Of a DNA stretch of 64,000 nt, positions 19,872 through 28,769 are shown piece by piece. The notes under the pieces are model-generated. The model searched no databases. It saw nothing but the letters and a program-made list of their open reading frames with translations, and was not told the DNA's origin. How positions within the stretch are numbered: the stretch's first letter is position 1; each line of letters opens with the position of its first letter. The stretch comes from Oligoflexales bacterium (lineage in GTDB: Bacteria > Bdellovibrionota_B > Oligoflexia > Oligoflexales > CAIYRB01). The DNA is taken from positions 76,017-140,016 of the forward strand of contig JBGSUI010000014.1 in assembly GCA_041736175.1 (NCBI GenBank). Reading direction: 5' to 3'. The position numbers were made by a program, and so were the translations under genes.

Positions 19872-19944
19872 TGGTAGACACACTGGTCTCAGAAGCCAGT
19901 GCCCGTAAGGGTGTGGAGGTTCAAGTCCTCTCGCTCGCACCATA
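19872..19944 (+). repeat. Truncated tRNA-Leu copy (attR-like)
   Basis: TGGTAGACA plus a perfect match from CTGGTCTCAG (19883) through CACCA; lacks the 5' acceptor strand. Confidence 0.95.
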
Positions 19945-19980
19945 GAATGCCTGCCCTAAAGCCCTACCACTCACGAAGTA

Positions 19981-20553
19981 GTGACCATGGATGCTAAGAA
20001 ACTTTACACAATCGATGATCTAGTCGCTTTGCCTGAATCTCAACCAGCCGAGCTGATCGATGGTGAGCTAATTAGCTATGCGCAGCCTTCCCAGCGCCAT
20101 GGCAAGGCACAACGTTCGCTCGGAAGTCTTCTCGATCCGTTTGACCGCAAGGGAGACGGCCATGGACCCGGCGGGTGGTGGATCATTACCGAAGCAGGCG
20201 TGCGCTATTCGCCCAACACGGCTTGGCGGCACGACCTTGCTGGATGGAGACGCGCGCGTTTGCCATCACTTCTCGATGAAGAATATGTATCGACCATTCC
20301 GGATTGGGTGTGCGAGATCCTGTCAACGTCGAATCGCAGTAACGATCTGGTACGAAAAAAGGCGATCTTGCATCAGGCTCAGGTCCGTCATTTTTGGACG
20401 CTCGATCCTTCCGACAAGATCATCTCCGTCCATCGCTGGACGGAAGCTGGTTATGTCAACATTGCTAACTGCGAAGCTGGCGATCGAGCCAGGCTGGAGC
20501 CCTTTGAAGAGATCGAGGTTGATATTTCTTACCTACTTGGCCTTTCTGAATGA
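19981..20553 (+). CDS. Uma2 family (DUF820) endonuclease-fold protein
   Basis: ELIDGEL...PSQRHG, DLAGW, PDWVCEILSTS...DLVRK, FWTLDP. Confidence 0.9.
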   Translation: MTMDAKKLYTIDDLVALPESQPAELIDGELISYAQPSQRHGKAQRSLGSLLDPFDRKGDGHGPGGWWIITEAGVRYSPNTAWRHDLAGWRRARLPSLLDEEYVSTIPDWVCEILSTSNRSNDLVRKKAILHQAQVRHFWTLDPSDKIISVHRWTEAGYVNIANCEAGDRARLEPFEEIEVDISYLLGLSE

Positions 20554-20565
20554 TTGTAACAAAAC

Positions 20566-20607
20566 GCCCGTAAGGGTGTGGAGGTTCAAGTCCTCTCGCT
20601 CGCACCA
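20566..20607 (+). repeat. Second truncated tRNA-Leu copy (42 bp)
   Basis: GCCCGTAAGGGTGTGGAGGTTCAAGTCCTCTCGCTCGCACCA identical to the tRNA 3' end. Confidence 0.95.
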
Positions 20608-20618
20608 CAAAAGAATCA

Positions 20619-21860
20619 TCATGGACTGCATCGGGGTATGGATCTAGGGATTTGTGCTACGGCTTTATCTGTGTTCTTAAGCAGGGCGTCTACTTCGTTT
20701 TTCGAGCAGGTCACTGCTGGTGAAGCTCTGTTTTGGCATAGATCGATTATAAGCTTTTTGAAATCCAGCGAAATGAAGTCGTTGGGCCCATAAATTCTAT
20801 ACTTGATTTTAGGATAGCCATTGGGACGATTGACTCCTGTGCCATCCCAAAGGATTAAGCTAGTCTCTTTGGTGAAGCCCATCTGCCATAAGTTATTGCT
20901 GATTTGAAGGCCGGAGGGTGGGCTTGCGGATGCAGTACGAGAGGGGATTTTCACCACATTTCCAATATGAATTCCCAGCTTGCTGACCACGGCAATTTCC
21001 TTCGCAGTATCGTATGGGCTCTCAATATAATGCTTCTTAAATGCAGTATTTAACTCCTGAACGCCCAACCCTAGACTTCCTATAGTCCCATCCGAAAACA
21101 TGTGATCTACCTGAGAATCGCTTAATTTCAAGAGTTTTCCGTTCTCAATCTTAGGCTTTCCATAGACGTTGGCGTGTACAAGGCTGATGGGTTCACCTAC
21201 TCTTAAATGAATCTGACTCAAGGTACATCCAACGATTAGGCGGTCGTGGGGTCCGGCTCCTGGTACGGGCAATAGAAATGAGCTCATTTGTAGCCGAAAA
21301 ATGGCAAATCGTGTCCTTGCAATAGAAGCATGGTCTTTCGATGGTTCATCGTTATAAATCACCTCCTTAAAATCAAAAGTAGTTTTGTTATCCTCAGATT
21401 TAATCTTACCGACAAAGCGGAAGGAACGGATGAATGGCCCGTCGATGCCCGAGGGCCAGGTAGAGTTCGGGGCGAATTGTGTTTGTAAGGTCACAGTGGT
21501 TGTTACGGTCTTTGGACCTTGGTTGGGATCTTTGGTCTGAAAAACCATATCGTAGGCATTCACCGGCCAGCCTTTATCATCGGTTCGACCCTTCCATTTT
21601 AGTGATACTTCATAGAGTGGTGTAGAGCTCCCGTCTTTACAGATCCAATCCATGGTGGGGACGAAATCTTCTCGAAAGGGAGGAGATGTTGGTGTGCCAG
21701 CAGGATCGGTCTTGAGGTCACTCGACTCTGGTGAGCCTGGTTCTTTAGTGTGGCAGGCTAAAAGACTAAAGAGTAAAGTGGCGCCTCCTAATACTACGAA
21801 ATTTTGATTGCGAGACTTGGTATGGGGTGTGGAACGTAGATTGTTTAAAGATTGGGCCAT
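20619..21860 (-). CDS. Hypothetical lipoprotein, paralog A
   Basis: LLFSLLAC lipobox; GGAG SD; collinear with 22859-24097. Confidence 0.8.
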   Translation of the reverse strand: MAQSLNNLRSTPHTKSRNQNFVVLGGATLLFSLLACHTKEPGSPESSDLKTDPAGTPTSPPFREDFVPTMDWICKDGSSTPLYEVSLKWKGRTDDKGWPVNAYDMVFQTKDPNQGPKTVTTTVTLQTQFAPNSTWPSGIDGPFIRSFRFVGKIKSEDNKTTFDFKEVIYNDEPSKDHASIARTRFAIFRLQMSSFLLPVPGAGPHDRLIVGCTLSQIHLRVGEPISLVHANVYGKPKIENGKLLKLSDSQVDHMFSDGTIGSLGLGVQELNTAFKKHYIESPYDTAKEIAVVSKLGIHIGNVVKIPSRTASASPPSGLQISNNLWQMGFTKETSLILWDGTGVNRPNGYPKIKYRIYGPNDFISLDFKKLIIDLCQNRASPAVTCSKNEVDALLKNTDKAVAQIPRSIPRCSP

Positions 21861-21907
21861 TTTTTAGTTCTCCAGTTATGTTTAGAATCACATTAACCAT
21901 GAAACTA

Positions 21908-21923
21908 AGCAATATTCGTGCCA
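21908..21923 (-). promoter_or_regulatory. sigma54 promoter
   Basis: TGGCAC-GAATA-TTGCT on minus strand; IHF-consensus site AATCAA-CTGT-TTA about 75 bp upstream. Confidence 0.8.
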
Positions 21924-22088
21924 TCTCCGGAGACATTATTTGATAATCATGGCGAGCAGTTGCAGGTTAAGGTGACTAAATATGCTCCATATTTTAAACA
22001 GTTGATTATTTTGCAACCTATTTCCGCTGGTTTCAAAGAAAACCCCACCTTTGGTATAGGGTGGGGCATTTTCTAATTGCTCAAAATC

Positions 22089-22157
22089 CTAGGAGCGGCA
22101 GGAAGGGTGAAAGAGGAGCTCTCGGTACTTAGGGAGACTCCAGAGGTCATGGGCGAC
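22089..22157 (-). pseudogene. Duplicated 3' end of glnA (23 codons)
   Basis: Matches 24325-24393 with 2 substitutions. Confidence 0.9.
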
Positions 22158-22300
22158 CGCGCTCAATATAGATATGGTTTTATTGCCTGTAAAAAAAATA
22201 TTTTTTGACAACATGCTTTAATTAATGAAATATTTGATTTTGGTTGTTTAGGCACTGGGAAAGTCGGGATAAAAAGACAATTTGATAGAAGGGGGGTGGT

Positions 22301-22573
22301 ATGCAGATTCTGTGGGACGAGGCAAAGGCTGAAAGCAACATAAAGAAGCACGGAGTGGCATTCGAGGAAGCTGCCACCGTCCTAAGCGATCCTGGCGCTC
22401 AAACATTTATGGATGATAGTGCCAACGAAGAACGCTTTATCACTGTGGGGTTTTCAGCTTTACGGAAGCTTCTGCTCGTCGTTTGGTGTGAGCGCCATGG
22501 CGATATAATACGCATTATTTCAGCACGAAAAACAACTCCAAAAGAGAGGAAAAACTATGAAGAAGGAGTATGA
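22301..22573 (+). CDS. brnT: BrnT family toxin (DUF497)
   Basis: WDEAKAESNIKKHGVAFEEA...EERF...IRIISAR. Confidence 0.92.
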   Translation: MQILWDEAKAESNIKKHGVAFEEAATVLSDPGAQTFMDDSANEERFITVGFSALRKLLLVVWCERHGDIIRIISARKTTPKERKNYEEGV

Positions 22574-22823
22574 CTTAAAAAAGCTGAAGGCGGTGAAAAA
22601 AGGTGCCGTCGTGCCTAAGAAAGGAACGACGGTGGCAAAAACTGTTAAGATTGATCTAGATATTGTCACATGGTTAGTCGCCGAATCAGATCAGCGAGGC
22701 TTGAAGTTTGAGTCGCTTATTAACTCCTTTTTAAGAGCCGCTATGACTGGCGGTGGTGCGGTCTTAACTGAAGAAAAGGTGCGGCAAATTGTTCGTGACG
22801 AATTAGAAAAGCACGCTTCTTAA
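22557..22823 (+). CDS. brnA: BrnA-like antitoxin
   Basis: Overlaps brnT; MKKEYD N-terminus; RHH-like C-half. Confidence 0.82.
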   Translation: MKKEYDLKKLKAVKKGAVVPKKGTTVAKTVKIDLDIVTWLVAESDQRGLKFESLINSFLRAAMTGGGAVLTEEKVRQIVRDELEKHAS

Positions 22824-22858
22824 GATATTAACAAAACGTCCTCCCCTTCTGTCAGGCA

Positions 22859-24097
22859 TCATGGACTGCATCGGGGTATTGATCTAGGGATTTGTGTTAC
22901 GGCTTTATCTGTGTTCTTAAGCAGGGCGTCTACTTCGTTTTTCGAGCAGGTCACTGCTGGTGAAGCTCTGTTTTGGCATAGATCGATGATAAGCTTTTTA
23001 TACTCTAGCGAGATGAAGTCGTCGGGCCCATAAATTCTATACTTGATTTTAGGATAGTAACTGGGCCGAGAGACTTTTGGGCCGTCCCAAAGGATTAAGC
23101 TGGGCCCTTTGGTGAGGCCCTCCTTCCATAAGAAATTGCTGATTTCCAGGTCAGAGGGTGGGTTTGCGGACCTACTCTTAGAGGGTATTATCACCACATT
23201 TCCAATATAAATTCCCAGCTCGCTGACCACGGCAATTTCCTTCCCAGTATTGAATCGGTTCATAGTATAATTCTTGTTAAATGCAGTCTTTAACTCCTGA
23301 ACGCCCATTCCCAGACTTCCGATAGTCCCATCCGAGAAAATGTGATCTACCTGAGAATCGCTGACTTTCAAGAGTTTTCCACTCTGAATCGTAGGCTGTC
23401 CACCGTCGTCAGCGTGGACGAGGCGGATGGGTTCACCTGCTCTTAAATGAACCTGACTCAATGCACACTGAAGAACTCGGCGGTAGCCGGCGGCTCCTGG
23501 TGTGGGCAATGGAAACGAACTCATTTCTATCTTAAAATAGGCAAATCGTCTCGTTGCAATATTCTCATGGACTTTCCACTCTTCGTGCTTATTAATGACC
23601 TCCCTCAAATCAAAAGCAGTTTCGTTTTCCTCAGATTTAATCTTACCTACAAAGCGGAAGGAACGGATCAATGGCCCGTCGGTACCCTTGGGCCAAGTAG
23701 AGTCCGGGGTGTATTGTGTTTGTAAGGTCATGGTGGTTGTTACGGTCTTTGGACCTTGATTGGTGGGATCATTTGGCTTATAAACCATTTCGTAGGCATT
23801 CGTCGGCTGGCCTTTATCATCGGTAAGACCCTTCCATTTTAGAAATATTTCATAGTTTGGTGTCGTAGTGTTTTTACAGGTCCAATCCATGGTGGGGACG
23901 AAATCTTCACGAAAGGGAGGAGATGTTGGTGTGCCAGCAGGATCGGTCTTGAGGTCACTCAGCTCTGGTGACCCTGGTCCTTTAGAGTGGCACGCCAAAA
24001 GACTAAAGAGTAATGTGGCCAGCCCTAACATTACAAGATTATGTTTGCGAGATTGAGTATGGGGTATGAAAGATTGATGGTTTAAAAATTGGGTCAT
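22859..24097 (-). CDS. Hypothetical lipoprotein, paralog B
   Basis: LLFSLLAC lipobox; collinear with 20619-21860. Confidence 0.8.
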   Translation of the reverse strand: MTQFLNHQSFIPHTQSRKHNLVMLGLATLLFSLLACHSKGPGSPELSDLKTDPAGTPTSPPFREDFVPTMDWTCKNTTTPNYEIFLKWKGLTDDKGQPTNAYEMVYKPNDPTNQGPKTVTTTMTLQTQYTPDSTWPKGTDGPLIRSFRFVGKIKSEENETAFDLREVINKHEEWKVHENIATRRFAYFKIEMSSFPLPTPGAAGYRRVLQCALSQVHLRAGEPIRLVHADDGGQPTIQSGKLLKVSDSQVDHIFSDGTIGSLGMGVQELKTAFNKNYTMNRFNTGKEIAVVSELGIYIGNVVIIPSKSRSANPPSDLEISNFLWKEGLTKGPSLILWDGPKVSRPSYYPKIKYRIYGPDDFISLEYKKLIIDLCQNRASPAVTCSKNEVDALLKNTDKAVTQIPRSIPRCSP

Positions 24098-24139
24098 TGT
24101 TTAGTTCTCCGGTTATATTTGTAAACTCCCTATGAACTC

Positions 24140-24155
24140 AGCAATATTCGTGCCA
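24140..24155 (-). promoter_or_regulatory. sigma54 promoter
   Basis: TGGCAC-GAATA-TTGCT, identical to 21908-21923. Confidence 0.8.
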
Positions 24156-24324
24156 TCTCCGAAGGAATTATTTGTTAATCTTCGCGAGTAGTTGCATTTT
24201 AGAGTGACCATAAATGCCAATATTTTAAACAGCTGATTATTTTGCAACCTATAGCCGCTGATTTCAAAAAAAAACCCACCTATGGAGTAGGGGGGCTTTT
24301 CCTAACTGCACAATGCTCAAAATC

Positions 24325-26487
24325 CTAGGAGCGGCAGGATGGGTGAAAGAGAAGCTCTCGGTACTTAGGGAGACTCCAGAGGTCATGGGCGACGAGGGTC
24401 TCGCCGTGGTCGGCAGCTTTGCGGAGTTTGGCCGCAAGGGGCTTGCACTCCCTCACTATATGGTCCACTTTCAGCTTTTCGCTGGATAAGCCATCAATGG
24501 CTTCGATGCTTTTGCGGAGCTGATCGTTAGCTGTCAGGATCTCAGCAAAGGTCTTTTCCAACATGGCAATCCTTTGGCCTAAGGCGACTTTAAGGGATTC
24601 ATCTTTAACAGGTGCGATAGCACGGTGGCTCTTGATCAATTGGTTTTCGACAGACGGGAGAACATACTCAGAGACCATCTCACAGGTGGTTTCCAGTTCG
24701 ATCTCTAGTGTCTTTACATAGCGCTCCATATAGATATGGTGGCGTGCGCTGATCTCTTCTTTTGAAAGGGTTTTAGCGCCAATCAGAAACTGAGTCTTGT
24801 CCTCGTCCCCCCAGATGGCAAAAGCATCTGCTGCGGAATCAATGATGGGGAGGTTGCGTCGTTTAGCTTCGACGCGCCACTCGTGGGAGTAGTTGTTACC
24901 AGAAAACAGGATCTGATTGTTTTCGTTAATTAGATCCTTAATCAGGGTCATCACCGCTTCGTCTCGGTTGCTGGTTTTTGCAATCAAGGCTTGGAGTCGG
25001 ATCCGGCATTCGGTAAAGGCATCGCAGATAGCCGCATTCAGGATCGAAACGGGGACGGAAACATTTGCCGAAGCACCTACAGCTCTAAATTCAAATTTGT
25101 TGCCTGTAAAGGCAAACGGGCTGGTACGGTTTCGGTCAGTGTAGTCCTTGGTGACGTCGGGAATATGGCCAACGCCCAGTTCTAGGATTTGGGATTCCGT
25201 GGCCCGGGCCGCCTCGCCCTTAGCAATGGAGGCCAAGATGTTTTCCAACATAGAGCCTAGGAATATTGAGATAATCGTCGGGGGTGCTTCGTTGCCACCT
25301 AAGCGTAGGTCGTTGCCCGGGCTCATAATGGAGGCTGCAAGCATGGCGGAATGCTTGTGAACAGCGCGCACCACGATAGAAACCATGGCTAAAAAACGGA
25401 GGTTTTGGTGGGGGGTATGCCCTGGATCCAGGAGATTTTCGCCTTTGTCGTTGGCGATGGACCAGTTGCAGTGTTTTCCGCTACCGTTGATTGCGGCAAA
25501 TGGTTTTTCGTGAAAGAGGCACAGAAATCCGTGTTTCGAGGCGACTCGCTTCATGGTCTCCATAGATAGGATGTTGTGGTCGGCAGCGATGGAGACGCTT
25601 TCAAAGATCGGTGCCATCTCAAATTGGCTGGGAGCGACTTCGTTATGGCGGGTCTTAATGGGAATCCCGAGACGGTAGAGCTCGTGTTCCAGGTCTTCCA
25701 TAAAAGCCTGAACTCGGGTGGGGATTGAGCCGAAATAGTGATCTTCTAGTTTTTGGCCACGGGCTGATGGAGCCCCTAGGAGAGTCCGTCCGCAGAGGAG
25801 TAGGTCGGGGCGTTTTGAGGCCGTGTCTTTATCGATCAGGAAATATTCCTGCTCAGGCCCAAGGGTGGCATTGACGGCCTTGACGTCTAAGTCGCCGATG
25901 AGTTTGAGAAACGCACAAGCCTCGGTGGAGATGCTTTGTACCGAGCGGAGCAGCGGGGTTTTGTTGTCCAGGGCGTGGCCATGGTAGCCAAAAAAGATAC
26001 TAGGCACGCAAAGGGTTTTGGTGCCGCCGGGGAGTTCGACGATAAAAATGGGAGAGGTTGGATCCCAAGCCGTATAGCCACGGGCCTCAAAGGTTGAGCG
26101 CATGCCGCCCGAAGGGAAGCTGGAGGCGTCAGGTTCCCCTTGAACCAATTGGGAGCCTTTGAGGCGCTCAATGACTTTGAGTTCGGAATAATGACTGTGC
26201 TGGATATCGATAAATGAGTCGTGTTTTTCTGCTGTTAAACCTGTCATCGGCTGAAACCAATGGCAAAAGTGGGTCGCCCCTTTTTTAACGGCCCATTCCA
26301 TGACGACCTTGGCGATCTGGTCTGCGGTGTCTTTGGAGATTTTCTTTGAATGCTCCAGGGAACGCAGCAGGTCGGCAAAGGTGTCCCGAGGGAGTCTCTC
26401 TCGCATTTGGCCGAGGCCAAAAGTTAATTCTCCGAAATATTCAGAGACAGGAAGTCGGGGACTGGATTTTGTGACGGGATGTAGCAT
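24325..26487 (-). CDS. glnA: Glutamine synthetase type III
   Basis: HWFQPMTGLTAEKHD, QGEPDASSFPSGGMRSTFEARGY, HNEVAPSQFE, DRNRTSPFAFTGNKFEFRAVG; 720 aa. Confidence 0.96.
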   Translation of the reverse strand: MLHPVTKSSPRLPVSEYFGELTFGLGQMRERLPRDTFADLLRSLEHSKKISKDTADQIAKVVMEWAVKKGATHFCHWFQPMTGLTAEKHDSFIDIQHSHYSELKVIERLKGSQLVQGEPDASSFPSGGMRSTFEARGYTAWDPTSPIFIVELPGGTKTLCVPSIFFGYHGHALDNKTPLLRSVQSISTEACAFLKLIGDLDVKAVNATLGPEQEYFLIDKDTASKRPDLLLCGRTLLGAPSARGQKLEDHYFGSIPTRVQAFMEDLEHELYRLGIPIKTRHNEVAPSQFEMAPIFESVSIAADHNILSMETMKRVASKHGFLCLFHEKPFAAINGSGKHCNWSIANDKGENLLDPGHTPHQNLRFLAMVSIVVRAVHKHSAMLAASIMSPGNDLRLGGNEAPPTIISIFLGSMLENILASIAKGEAARATESQILELGVGHIPDVTKDYTDRNRTSPFAFTGNKFEFRAVGASANVSVPVSILNAAICDAFTECRIRLQALIAKTSNRDEAVMTLIKDLINENNQILFSGNNYSHEWRVEAKRRNLPIIDSAADAFAIWGDEDKTQFLIGAKTLSKEEISARHHIYMERYVKTLEIELETTCEMVSEYVLPSVENQLIKSHRAIAPVKDESLKVALGQRIAMLEKTFAEILTANDQLRKSIEAIDGLSSEKLKVDHIVRECKPLAAKLRKAADHGETLVAHDLWSLPKYRELLFHPSCRS

Positions 26488-26623
26488 AAAGAAGGACTCC
26501 TCTAAAGTGACAATGATGCATCATTCAGGATCAACCCAAGGACTCCTAGTCCCTTACCATAAGATCGAGGTCCTGAAAACGCTTGGTTGGTTGTCGTCGA
26601 AAAATCTTGGCTTAGGTAGCGAT

Positions 26624-26654
26624 AAAAACCCCTGCTCTCTGGGGAGAGCAGGGG
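26624..26654 (-). terminator. Rho-independent terminator
   Basis: CCCCTGCTCTC/GAGAGCAGGGG stem followed by a T-run on minus strand, after the DUF4360 gene. Confidence 0.7.
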
Positions 26655-26681
26655 GTAAGCGCATTTTTTCTGGAGTTCAGG

Positions 26682-27350
26682 CTAGCGGCAACGCCTCCAG
26701 GCGATGCCGTAGTTTTGGGTGACATGACCGTCGATGGAGTCGACCGTAATCAGGCCACTGCCATTACGATTACGCATGTTATCTAGACGTAATTCTGTAT
26801 TGATATTCAGGGAGCGAAATTCCCCGCAGGGCGACCAAACAGACGCTGAGACATCCAGAACATCCCGAGCTTGGTAGTTGCGGCTGACGGGACCCTGCAT
26901 CAACGTCCTAAAGCTGGAAGTCTGCTGGCGCCCCTGGAAGTAATAGGATGCCTGCTGGGTGCCCATGATACCTGGTTCTAGATCAACGAATCCACGGTAG
27001 TCAAAGGTGACCAGGGCATAGCTCCAACCATTGGGGTAGGCGAAATCAATGTTGATCTGACAGTTACGCCTTTTGTTGCTAAAAGGCTCGTTTGGTCCAA
27101 TCGAAGCGACGTAGCTGTCAAACAGCAATGTCAAAGCCTTGAGATCGGGGGCGATATTTTGGGCGACAGATCCTGCGGGGCAGCCCGATCCAGCAAAAGA
27201 GACATTGCGGATTTGGACGTATTCGGGAACACTCCCGAATTGGCCATAGCTGACTCCAGCGGCCATAAACATGGGTAATCCCATCGTGATCACTGACCCT
27301 AAAAAGGATCTCTTAAGACACTCTTTTACGCGACTAAACATGACTTCCAT
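26682..27350 (-). CDS. DUF4360 family secreted protein
   Basis: GSGCPAGSV, LLFDSYVASIGP, RRNCQI, DYRGF, WSPCG, WRRC; GAGGAG SD before ATG 27350. Confidence 0.85.
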   Translation of the reverse strand: MEVMFSRVKECLKRSFLGSVITMGLPMFMAAGVSYGQFGSVPEYVQIRNVSFAGSGCPAGSVAQNIAPDLKALTLLFDSYVASIGPNEPFSNKRRNCQINIDFAYPNGWSYALVTFDYRGFVDLEPGIMGTQQASYYFQGRQQTSSFRTLMQGPVSRNYQARDVLDVSASVWSPCGEFRSLNINTELRLDNMRNRNGSGLITVDSIDGHVTQNYGIAWRRCR

Positions 27351-27424
27351 GGTGCACTCCTCTCGGTCGTTTGTTTGTTTTTTTGCCTGCAACCTTGATT
27401 CGCAAGACTCAACAAAAGGACTAA

Positions 27425-27440
27425 AGCAAGCGTCGTGCCA
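27425..27440 (-). promoter_or_regulatory. sigma54 promoter
   Basis: TGGCAC-GACGC-TTGCT on minus strand. Confidence 0.75.
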
Positions 27441-27776
27441 AGGGTGATGAATATTTTTGAGTGGAATGCTAGGAGCATCTAGAAGCATGGATTTCTGAAT
27501 AAAAAGCAGTGTAAAATGAAGATTTCACTTTTTTGTAGGTGGTTAGATAGTCCACTTTAGACAGGGAAAAATCGGTCTCATTTCTAAACCACTTTTCACT
27601 AAGATAAACAAAGCTGGAGTAGAGTTTTTTTGATCTGTGCTGATCGAGTATCAGTGTTGATAAAGAAACCCGACTTTCGCGAGTAGGAGGTTGTATTTAA
27701 AATAAAAAACGCAAAAAATACAATATATACAAATGGTTAAAACATTTTTATATATTTTCTAGAATGTCATGGTCTG

Positions 27777-28769
27777 ATGACAGAATCCGTTGTTGCGTTC
27801 AAATCAACCCTAAGGTTATACTATCTGCTTTCACGCATGCTAACAGTGCCATGGCGGAGTATTTTCGTGTTGACAGATGAGACATCGAGTTCTGAGCAAA
27901 AACTGAAGTCAGTGGCCTGGATGATTCCCTGTTACAATGAAGCCATCACAATTGCTACGGTGATTCAAGATATCAAGCTCCATGCTCCAGGCACTCAGAT
28001 CTATGTTTACGATAATAATTCTACCGATGAAACTGGGGCCATTGCTTTAAGAGAAGGCGCTATTCTCCGTAGAGAACGCAAGCGGGGTAAAGGTGCAGTC
28101 GTTAAACGTATGTTCGAGGAAATCGATGCGGATATCTATATTATGGTCGACGGCGATGCGACTTACAGTATCGCTCATTGGTCTGGACTTGTTCGTCCGC
28201 TCCTAGAAGGTGATGCCGATATGGTCGTCGGTTCGCGCCTAGAGGAACATGCCAATGAGGCGTTTCGACCAATGCATGTGCTAGGCAACAAATTCCTGTG
28301 TTCGTTGATCCGCATCATGTTTAGGGTCAATATACGCGATATGCTCAGCGGCTATAGAGCTATGAGCCGAAAATTTGTTAAAGGGATGGCTATTAGTGCT
28401 AATGGATTTGCCATTGAAACCGAATTAACGATCCAGAGCCTGGAGAACAACTTTCGTATTCGTGAGGTACCCGCCCCCTACCGAGAACGTCCTAGCGGGA
28501 GTCATTCCAAGTTAAACACTTTTCAGGATGGTTTTATCATCCTTTTCTTTATTATCAGAATGTTAAAGGATCACAAACCGCTTACTTTTTTTGGATCCCT
28601 GGCACTCTTGCTTGCCGCTTTAGCAATATGCGCAAATATTGCTGAGTTTTCGTCGGCGATGGTCCTGGCATCTGTCGCTGCAATGGTTTCCGTGAGCACT
28701 GGAATTGTGCTGAATTCCATTTCGCAAAGAAGCAAAGAATTGATGGAGATCCTGAGAAAATGCAACTGA
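27777..28769 (+). CDS. GT2 polyprenol-phosphate glycosyltransferase (DPM synthase-like)
   Basis: IPCYNE, DNNSTD, GKG, DGDATY, VGSR, DMLSGYR; two C-terminal TM segments; start uncertain. Confidence 0.9.
   Translation: MTESVVAFKSTLRLYYLLSRMLTVPWRSIFVLTDETSSSEQKLKSVAWMIPCYNEAITIATVIQDIKLHAPGTQIYVYDNNSTDETGAIALREGAILRRERKRGKGAVVKRMFEEIDADIYIMVDGDATYSIAHWSGLVRPLLEGDADMVVGSRLEEHANEAFRPMHVLGNKFLCSLIRIMFRVNIRDMLSGYRAMSRKFVKGMAISANGFAIETELTIQSLENNFRIREVPAPYRERPSGSHSKLNTFQDGFIILFFIIRMLKDHKPLTFFGSLALLLAALAICANIAEFSSAMVLASVAAMVSVSTGIVLNSISQRSKELMEILRKCN

Larger units (their letters stand above)
9446..19944. mobile_element. Genomic island integrated at tRNA-Leu (no intact integrase)
   Basis: Bounded by the tRNA and a direct repeat of its 3' part at 19872-19944; carries a TA remnant and a biosynthetic operon. 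Confidence 0.75.
20617..22157. repeat. About 1.54-kb diverged duplication (partner 22857-24393)
   Basis: Lipoprotein gene, upstream promoter region and 69 bp of the glnA 3' end are all collinear with the partner. Confidence 0.9.

Noticed and set aside
19872..19944. Second functional tRNA-Leu
   Set aside because: The 5' acceptor strand and first D-stem strand are missing, so no cloverleaf can form.
9359..20607. CRISPR array interpretation of the repeated 42-bp sequence
   Set aside because: The repeats are tRNA 3' ends separated by 0.6-10 kb; no regular spacers or cas genes.
20078..20793. Alternative-frame ORFs 20078-20647 and 20578-20793
   Set aside because: They overlap Uma2, the tRNA fragment and the lipoprotein end; no protein-like features.
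20619..24097. Diversity-generating retroelement TR/VR pair
   Set aside because: Differences are not adenine-specific, span whole genes, and no reverse transcriptase is present in the window.
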